Assembly (NCBI GenBank): GCA_965224025.1
Contig: OZ245033.1
Location: 3,904,001 to 3,968,000 of the forward strand
Direction: 5' to 3'
From: Candidatus Multivorans sp.
GTDB lineage: Bacteria; Acidobacteriota; Thermoanaerobaculia; Multivoradales; Multivoraceae
DNA: 64,000 nucleotides
The notes beneath the pieces were generated by a model that worked only from the letters and a program-made list of their open reading frames with translations, did not search any database and was not told the origin of the DNA. Numbering within the stretch: position 1 is the first letter of the stretch; each line of letters begins with the position of its first letter. Of this stretch, positions 56,997 to 64,000 are shown piece by piece. The translations under genes were made by a program, and so were the position numbers.

Positions 56997-57995
56997 TCAG
57001 CCGTCAAGCGCGTCCCCGACGGTCTCCACGGCCTCACGCGCCATCGCGTCGGCGAAATGGATGTACTTGAGCGTCGTTGCCGGGTCGCGGTGACCAAGCA
57101 ATCGGCCGATTGTCGGCACCGCTTCACCCCGGCGCAAGGCGAAGCTCGCGTAGCTGTGCCGCAGATCGTGCAGCCGGACCTCGGGCACCCGGGCCGCCTC
57201 GCGCAGAGAGCGCCAGATGCCGTAGAGCGAATCTGCTGTCATTGGGCCGCAACGCCGGGGTGCGGGGAAGACCCAGCGAGCGCTCCGGGGAAGGCCGTCA
57301 AGCACTTTGCGCGTCACCGACGACAGCCATACGGTGCGCGGTCCAGTCTTGCTGTCGCTGAGGAAGAGATGGCCTTCGCGATAGTCCCGCCATTCGAGCG
57401 TGCGGATCTCGCTCTGCCGGCAGCCGGTCAGGAGCAGGAGCCTGATGACCGCCACAGGGTTGGGCGCGGTTCCCTCCTTTGCGGCCAGAACAGCCCCTAG
57501 GCGACGTATCTCGCGCCCGGTCAGGAACCGCTCCCGGCCCCGCCGCCGGTAGCGTCGGAGACCTCTGCACGGATTGCTGTCTTCCGCTCGATAGCCGTAA
57601 ATCTCGGACTGACGCAGGATGAGGGACAGGATGGGGAGGGAGCGGTTTGCCGCTGCCGGCGTCGCGTGCAAGGAGGCGAACCATCGGCGAACTTCGGCAG
57701 TCGTGACGTCTGCGATCGGCCGGCCCTTGAACCACGGCAGGATCTGGTTGCGGAGGTAGGACCGGTTGACAGCGACGGTTCCGGGCTTCCATCTGTGTCC
57801 GTAGCGGCGGAAGACCTGCTTGGCGACCGTCTCGAAGCTCCTCGTTTCATTCGGCGACTGGGGATCGGCCTCCTGACGCGCCGAAGTTGCCGACCCGCTC
57901 GCAGGAGTCCGCCGGGAAGGCAACGCCGCAGCATCGGCGCCGGCTACAGTGCGGGCCACGGTACTTGAGTTCGGGCTGATGGTATGGTTTCCCAT
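56997..57995 (-). CDS. Tyrosine recombinase 1 (possibly 5'-truncated)
   Basis: LLTGCRQSE, DSKTG, LHDLRHSYAS and LLGHRDPATTLKY motifs; stop 1 bp before the recombinase 2 ATG; start uncertain. Confidence 0.85.
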   Translation of the reverse strand: MGNHTISPNSSTVARTVAGADAAALPSRRTPASGSATSARQEADPQSPNETRSFETVAKQVFRRYGHRWKPGTVAVNRSYLRNQILPWFKGRPIADVTTAEVRRWFASLHATPAAANRSLPILSLILRQSEIYGYRAEDSNPCRGLRRYRRRGRERFLTGREIRRLGAVLAAKEGTAPNPVAVIRLLLLTGCRQSEIRTLEWRDYREGHLFLSDSKTGPRTVWLSSVTRKVLDGLPRSARWVFPAPRRCGPMTADSLYGIWRSLREAARVPEVRLHDLRHSYASFALRRGEAVPTIGRLLGHRDPATTLKYIHFADAMAREAVETVGDALDG

Positions 57996-57996
57996 A
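57980..57996 (+). promoter_or_regulatory. Extended -10 (leaderless) promoter/operator of vapBC
   Basis: TGgTATGGT 7 bp before the ATG; palindrome TATGG-tttc-CCATA. Confidence 0.45.
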
Positions 57997-58235
57997 TGAA
58001 GACGACCCTCAATATCGATGATTCTGTGATGCAGCGCCTGCGGGAGGAGGCGGCCCGGCGGGGCACCACCATGTCCGCCCTGGTCGAAGCGGGGCTTCGC
58101 CGCGTTCTTGCCCCGCCCGAGGCCGAAGCGGGAAGCCCCGAAGACTTGCCGCCGCTGCCGAGTTGGAACAGCGGCGGACATCTGGTCGACATTGCAAACC
58201 GGGACGAGCTCTACCGCGCGATGGAAGAAGACTAG
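57996..58235 (+). CDS. vapB: VapB-type RHH antitoxin
   Basis: MKTTLNIDDSVMQRLREEAARRGTTMSALVEAGLR. Confidence 0.9.
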   Translation: MKTTLNIDDSVMQRLREEAARRGTTMSALVEAGLRRVLAPPEAEAGSPEDLPPLPSWNSGGHLVDIANRDELYRAMEED

Positions 58236-58676
58236 TTGCTGGTCTTCGATACGAACGTGCTCATCCATGCAGCGGACGAGCACTCGCAGTTGAATGGTCT
58301 TTGCCGCCGTCGCCTGAACGAGGCGCGCCGGGATTCGGCACCCGTGTTTCTCACCTGGAGCGTTTGCTACGAGTTCCTACGGGTCAGCACCCATCCGCGC
58401 GTCTTCCGGTCGTCCTTGACTCCTGCCGCGGCTGGCCGCTTCATCGCGAACCTGCTGGCCTCGCCCGCATTCGAAGTGCTCGTGGCAACACCGCGTCACG
58501 CAGCCGTTCTCGGTCAAACGTTGTCTGAACTCCCGGAACTCAGGGGAAACACGATGCATGACCTGCACACGGCCGTCCTGATGCGCGAACACGGCGTCAG
58601 CCGGATCTGCACCCTTGACAGGGACTTTCTTCGCTTTCCCTTCCTCACGGTCGTCGACCCGTTGGGCGAGTCGTGA
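58236..58676 (+). CDS. vapC: VapC/PIN toxin
   Basis: [34 protein letters not shown] and TLDRDF motifs. Confidence 0.92.
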   Translation: MLVFDTNVLIHAADEHSQLNGLCRRRLNEARRDSAPVFLTWSVCYEFLRVSTHPRVFRSSLTPAAAGRFIANLLASPAFEVLVATPRHAAVLGQTLSELPELRGNTMHDLHTAVLMREHGVSRICTLDRDFLRFPFLTVVDPLGES

Positions 58677-59928
58677 ATCCGCCACAGGCGGCATCCCGAA
58701 CCCGGAGGAAGCTGATCGAGGTGGCCCTGCCGCTCGATGCGATCAATGCGGCGTCGGCACGTGAAAAGTCGATCCGGCACGGGCACCCGTCAACGCTCCA
58801 TCTGTGGTGGGCGCGGCGGCCGCTGGCGGCGGCGCGGGCGGTGATCTTCGCGCAGATGGTCGACGATCCCTCGGAGTACGTCGATGTGTTGCTCTCGGAC
58901 CCGGTGAAGGAGCGGGCTGCGCGGCGTGAATTGCGAAGGCGACTGGCGGAAGGAACGAGGATCGAGCCGCGGTCGGAGGCGTCAGACCGCAGGAGCGCGC
59001 CACTCGTCGCGGGACCCCGGACGCCTGCCGGGTCGGAGGGGGCGGGCGGCACGGAAGAGCGCAAGTTGCTCGGCGACGTCATCGCCGAGCAGGAGCGGGA
59101 GCGTCTGTTCGGGATCCTGCGGGAACTCGTGAAGTGGGAGAACACGACCAACGATGAACTGCTTGAGCAGGCACGGAGCGAGATCCGGCAGAGCTGGCGG
59201 CGGGCGTGCGCGGAGAACGCCGATCATCCGCGGGCCGCTGAGTTGTTCGACCGGCACAAGCTGCCTGCCTTCCATGATCCGTTCGCCGGCGGCGGCGCAC
59301 TGCCGCTGGAGGCGCAGCGGCTGGGCCTCGAAGCGCACGCCAGCGACCTGAACCCGGTCGCCGTGTTGATCTGCAAGGCGATGATCGAGATTCCGCCGAA
59401 GTTCGCGGGCCAGCCGCCGGTTAACCCGGAATCGCGGGGCGAGACTGCCCTTGTGTCGAAGTCGTGGCGCGGAGCGCAGGGCTTGGCCGAGGATGTCCGC
59501 TACTACGGCCGCTGGATGCGCGAGGAGGCGCAGAAGCGGATCGGCCATCTGTATCCGAACGTGGAGGTCACGCCGGAGATGGTCCGGGAGCGGCCCGACC
59601 TGAAGCAGTACGAGAGTCGAAAGCTGACGGTGATCGCCTGGCTATGGGCGCGGACGGTGAAGAGTCCGAACCCGGCGTTTGCGGATGTTGAGGTGCCGCT
59701 CGCGTCGACGTTCATGCTGTCGACGAAGAAGGGAAAGGAGGCGTACGTCGAACCGGTGATCGAGGGTCGTGGGTACGGGTTCACGGTGAAGGCGGGCGAA
59801 CCGCCCGATCCGGCTGCGGCCAAGGCGGGAACGAAGGTGTCCCGCGGGAGCTTTAGGTGCCTCATGTCGGATGTTCCGATCCGGTACGAGTACATCAACG
59901 ACGAAGCCAATGCCGGCCGAATGAGAGA

Positions 59929-61426
59929 GCCTCTTTCGAGTTGCGAGTGGGTAGGGCGCGGGCGAGTGCAGATGCTGAGGGGGTCTTGGGAGAGCGGCCT
60001 CCGCCGCCGTAGCCGCCGCCGTCGGGCTGTGGAATCTGCGGAAGACCGGTAGCGGCGAGGGCGCAAGCTGTCCGGTGGGGAGGGCGTTCGCGGCGATTTC
60101 GGGTGGCGGCTGTAGTCGCGGGCGATCGGAATGAGCAAGACTCGTCTCTCCTGTTCCGACTGAAGGAGGACGAGAGATGCAGAGGGAATTGTTCGCGAGA
60201 GCGCTGGGCGTGTCGGCGCCGTGGTTCGTTGACGGCGTGGACTTCTGTGAGAGGGAGCGTCGGTTGACGATACGGATCGACTTCAGGAAGGGCAGCCGAT
60301 TCGCCCACGAGGGGGACGGCGGTTCTCATCCGGTGCACGACACGCAGATCAAGCGCTATCGGCACCTCAACTTCTTCCAGCACGAGTGCCTGCTCGAGGC
60401 GCGAGTGCCCCGTGTGCGACTCCCCGACCAGCGGGTGGCGTTGGTGACTCCGCCCTGGTCGGGCAGATTGTCCGGCTTCACGCTGCTGTTCGAAGCCTTG
60501 ATTCTGGCCATGTGCCGAGACATGACCTTCGCTGCGGTGGCCCGGTTGACCGGGGTGTCGTGGCATCGGGTGCACGCGATCTGCAAGCGCTACGTCGAGC
60601 TGGCGGTCGACCGGGACGACCTCTCCGAACTGCGCCACGTGGCCATTGACGAGACTTCCCGCGCCAAGGGGCACGACTACGTGACCGCGGTCGCCGACAG
60701 CGAGCGCCGGCGCGTGGTGTTCCTCGCCGAGGGACGCAAGTCCGGCACGATCGAGGAGTTCGCCGACGATCTGCAAAGGCGCGGCGGCGATCCCGCCGCG
60801 ATCAGCCGGGCGTCCATCGACATGTCGGCCGCCTTCCTCAAGGGCGTCGCCGAGAATCTCCCCAACGCCGAGGTGACCCTCGACAAGTTCCACGTCATGG
60901 CCCTGGCCTCGAAGGCGGTGGACGAGACCCGGCGCCTCGAACAGCGCCTCGATCCGTCGCTGAAGGGCCTGCGCTGGACGCTGCTCAAGAACCGCGACTC
61001 CCTGACGCCGGCCCAACGGGCCGACCTCGACCGCTTCGTCAAGAGGGTCGCCAGCCGACGCACCGCACGCGCCTGGCTCTATCGGGAGCAACTCCGCGAA
61101 ATTCTCAACCGCAAGCAGATCAACGTCGTGCTGCGAATGCTCCATCAGTGGTGCACCAACGTGAACCGCTCCAAGGTCGAACCCATGAAGGCCGTCGCCC
61201 GCACCATCCGAAAGCACCTGCAAGCGATCGCTGCCTGGGCGCGAACCCGGCAGACCAACGGCTTCCTCGAAGCCCTCAACGGACTCTTCCAGTCCGCCAA
61301 ACGCAAGGCCAGAGGCTACAAGCGATTCGACACCATACGCATCGCCTTCTTCCTCATCGCCGGCAAACTCGACTTCCACACGCTCAACCCGCACACCGCT
61401 TGACCCACTCGTAATTCAAAAGAGCC
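59929..61426 (+). mobile_element. ISL3-family insertion sequence
   Basis: Imperfect 24-bp IRs GCCTCTTTCGAGTTGCGAGTGGGT / ACCCACTCGTAATTCAAAAGAGCC; 8-bp TSD ATGAGAGA at 59921-28 and 61427-34. Confidence 0.95.
60177..61403 (+). CDS. ISL3 transposase
   Basis: AIDETS, SIDMSAAF, LDKFHV and TNGFLEALN...KRKARGY motifs. Confidence 0.95.
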   Translation: MQRELFARALGVSAPWFVDGVDFCERERRLTIRIDFRKGSRFAHEGDGGSHPVHDTQIKRYRHLNFFQHECLLEARVPRVRLPDQRVALVTPPWSGRLSGFTLLFEALILAMCRDMTFAAVARLTGVSWHRVHAICKRYVELAVDRDDLSELRHVAIDETSRAKGHDYVTAVADSERRRVVFLAEGRKSGTIEEFADDLQRRGGDPAAISRASIDMSAAFLKGVAENLPNAEVTLDKFHVMALASKAVDETRRLEQRLDPSLKGLRWTLLKNRDSLTPAQRADLDRFVKRVASRRTARAWLYREQLREILNRKQINVVLRMLHQWCTNVNRSKVEPMKAVARTIRKHLQAIAAWARTRQTNGFLEALNGLFQSAKRKARGYKRFDTIRIAFFLIAGKLDFHTLNPHTA

Positions 61427-61733
61427 ATGAGAGAACGCCTCATGGCGGTCGTGCTGGCTGGCAACCGAGGGAGGGTCTACGTTTCGCCGCCTTCGGACGC
61501 GGAAGCCATGGCCGGAAGTGCAAGACCCACTTGGAAGCCGGATGCGCCAAGCCGCGGCACGTGGGCTAGCAATGCCCAAGGCAGGCGCTACGGCTTCCGG
61601 ACGTTCGGTGACTACTTCACACCTCGTCAGCTCGTCGCCCTTACGACCTTCTCGGACCTAGTTCGGGAAGCGATAGAGCGTGTCCACCAAGACGCTGAGG
61701 CGGTCGATGTGCAGGGCGATGGGCGACCACTAT

Positions 61734-62674
61734 GCGACGGCGGCAGCGGTGCGACCGCCTACGCCGAGGCGGTAGGGGTGTATCTGGCGCTAGCGGTGTC
61801 GAAGACCTCGAACGTCAACTCTTCGATTACCTCCTGGATGAGTGATCGAGGTGCCTTCCGGGAGACCTTCGCTCGACAGGCGATCCCGATGATGTGGGAC
61901 TTCGCCGAGGCGAACTCGTTCGCCGGACTCGGGGGCAGTTTCGATGCCGCCATCGCCAAGGGGGCAATGGCGATCGAAGCACTCCCGGCGCAGCGGGCTG
62001 CGTGGAGCAGGCAGATGGACGCAGCGAGCCAAGCCTCAGCCACGAGCAGAGTCGTTTCGACCGATCCTCCTTACTACGACAACATCGGCTACGCCGACCT
62101 GTCGGACTATTTCTACGTCTGGCTGCGGCGTTCCGTACCGTTCGTTTTTCCAGATCTCTTCTCAACGCTAGCGGTGCCGAAGAGCGAGGAACTGGTGGCA
62201 TCGCCATACCGTCATGGAGGTAAGGCCGCTGCGGAGACCTTCTTCCTGGCTGGGATGACGCGGGCAATGCAACGGCTAGCCGAGCAGGCTCATACGGGCT
62301 TCCCAATCACGGTCTACTACGCCTTCAAGCAATCCGAGAGAAGGGGCGCTAGCGGAACAACGAGTACTGGTTGGGAGACGTTTCTTGGAGCCCTAATCGG
62401 GTCGGGCTTCTCGGTCACCGGCACTTGGCCGATGCGCACCGAGGGAGCAGGGCGAATCCTCGCCAAAGGAACCAACGCTCTCGCCTCCAGCATCGTCCTC
62501 GTCTGCCGACGCCGCCCCGCCGACGCTCCGCTCGCCACCCGCCGCGAGTTCCTGACCGCGCTTCGCTCCGAACTTCCCCGGGCCCTCCGTCTTCTCCAGA
62601 CCGGCAACGTGGCCCCGGTCGACCTCGCGCAGGCCGCCATCGGCCCCGGCATGGCCGTTTACACGCGCTACGCG
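61734..62674 (+). repeat. 941-bp inverted repeat, right arm
   Basis: Encodes DGGSGATAY...DPPY...YTRYA; no differences found from the left arm. Confidence 0.95.
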
Positions 62675-62740
62675 AAGGTGCTCAACGCATCCGGCGAGTC
62701 GATGCCGGTGCGGGAGGCCCTTGCCCTGATCAACCAGGTC

Positions 62741-62772
<32 letters not shown>

Positions 62773-63270
62773 GTTCGACGCGGACAGCCGCTGGGCGCTC
62801 GCGTGGTTCGAGCAGCACGGTTTCGCCGAGGGCGACTACGGTGTCGCCGAGACGCTGTCGAAGGCCAAGAACACGAGCGTCGCCGGAATGGTGGAGGCCG
62901 GAATTCTCACGTCGAAGGGAGGCAAAGTGCGCCTGTTGCCGCCGAAGGAGCTACCAGGTGATTGGGATCCGGCCACTGACAAACGGCTCACGGCGTGGGA
63001 GGCGGTGCACCACCTGATCCGTGTCCTTGAGACGGGCGGCGAACAAGGTGCAGCGAAGCTTGCCCGCAGCCTCGGCGGAATGGCCGAAACGGCCCGGGAA
63101 CTCTGCTACCGCTTGTACACGGTGAGCGAACGGAAGAAGCGCGCCGCCGATGCGCTGTCCTACAACAGCCTCGTGCAGAGCTGGCCCGAGATCAACCGAC
63201 TCGCGAGAACCGAGGCCGATCCCAGACAGGCGGGCCTCCTCGACTAGGCCTGGAGCGTAGGATACGGGGC

Positions 63271-63548
63271 GTGCCCATCAGGCTCTACAGCAATGAGGAG
63301 CTGGATTCGCTCCGGGCGATGCGCAAGACGGTATCCAATCCTGGGGCTCGCTGGACAGAGAAGCCGACCAGCGCCCCGGCTCACAGGCAGCGGTCGTTCA
63401 AGGCAACGGCTGAAGACGAAGCGACGGCCCGATTCGACATCTACCAGCGCCAGAGTCTGAAGGACGCGGCTGCCTTCTCCTGCGGGATCGCGCTCGTCTC
63501 TGCCGACGGTTCCCGACTGACCTTGGCGCGCTACAACGGACCCCTCTC
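63271..63548 (+). pseudogene. Hypothetical gene downstream of the methyltransferase, cut by an IS3-family element
   Basis: ...FDIYQRQS...FSCGI...LTLARYNGP, then the frame runs into the IS end. Confidence 0.6.
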
Positions 63549-64000
63549 TGCCAACGTACGTGACACAGCGGGCATCCCGTTGAATAGTGGAGGGCACGCG
63601 TTGGCAAGGAGGATCAATGTCAAGACGAGAGCAGAGGTTTGGCGGCGGCTCGGAGCTCCCGGCCGCGGGGGTTGAGGAGCGTAGCGACGAGGCCCCCGCG
63701 GCCGGCGCGGCGTCCGCGGGGGGCGTTCCCGACCCGGAGGTCGTAGCGAAGCCGACCCGACGGCAGTTCACGGCGGAGTACCGGCTGCGGATTCTGGAGG
63801 AAGCGGATCGATGCACCCACCGCGGCGAGGTGGGTCGGCTGTTGCGGCGAGAGGGTCTGTACAGCTCCCATCTGGCCAACTGGCGCAAGGCGCGGCGCGA
63901 GGGCGCGCTTTCCGGTCTGAGGCCGAAGAAGCGGGGCCGCAAGCCTGTCGAGGCCAACCCTCTGATGCCGAAGGTGAAGCGGCTGGAAGCGAAGGTCAAG
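63549..64000 (+). mobile_element. IS3-family element, left part (runs off the window)
   Basis: TG-initiated end TGCCAACGTACGTGACAC followed by OrfA; the boundary is inferred because the right end is not visible. Confidence 0.75.
63617..64000 (+). CDS. IS3-family transposase OrfA (partial)
   Basis: AAGGAGG RBS; PDPEVVAKPTRRQFTAEYRLRILEEAD...LLRREGLYSSHLANWR. Confidence 0.88.
   Translation, partial: MSRREQRFGGGSELPAAGVEERSDEAPAAGAASAGGVPDPEVVAKPTRRQFTAEYRLRILEEADRCTHRGEVGRLLRREGLYSSHLANWRKARREGALSGLRPKKRGRKPVEANPLMPKVKRLEAKVK

Noticed and set aside
55961-57995. RIT element, integron or prophage
   Set aside because: Only two recombinases, no integron-integrase insertion or attC array, and no phage genes or att duplication seen.

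Overview
High-GC bacterial window, mostly housekeeping, transport and catabolic genes: a CoxS/CoxL-like molybdoenzyme, M20/M16/GGT/isoaspartyl peptidases, an RND pump, murJ, class II DAHP synthase, trpS, prpE and fadF-like/tetR/etfBA. It also carries five toxin-antitoxin modules and several damaged accessory genes. The most notable structure is at about 51.8-63.3 kb. Two divergent DUF1156-type adenine DNA methyltransferase genes share an apparently identical 941-bp inverted block (51951-52891 / 61734-62674) but differ in the region between motif I and DPPY. Only the right copy has the C-terminus, and it is broken by an ISL3 element. The 8.8-kb segment between the repeats holds two tyrosine recombinases with complete catalytic motifs and two TA modules. 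This suggests an invertible, specificity-switching methyltransferase locus (inference). The window also has a dispersed GGAAC-bounded double-hairpin repeat with compensatory base changes, one copy inserted in frame inside a gene, and a 1375-aa sacsin-like ATPase/DUF3883 gene split by IS630. Family assignments come from motif recognition by eye; no database search was run.
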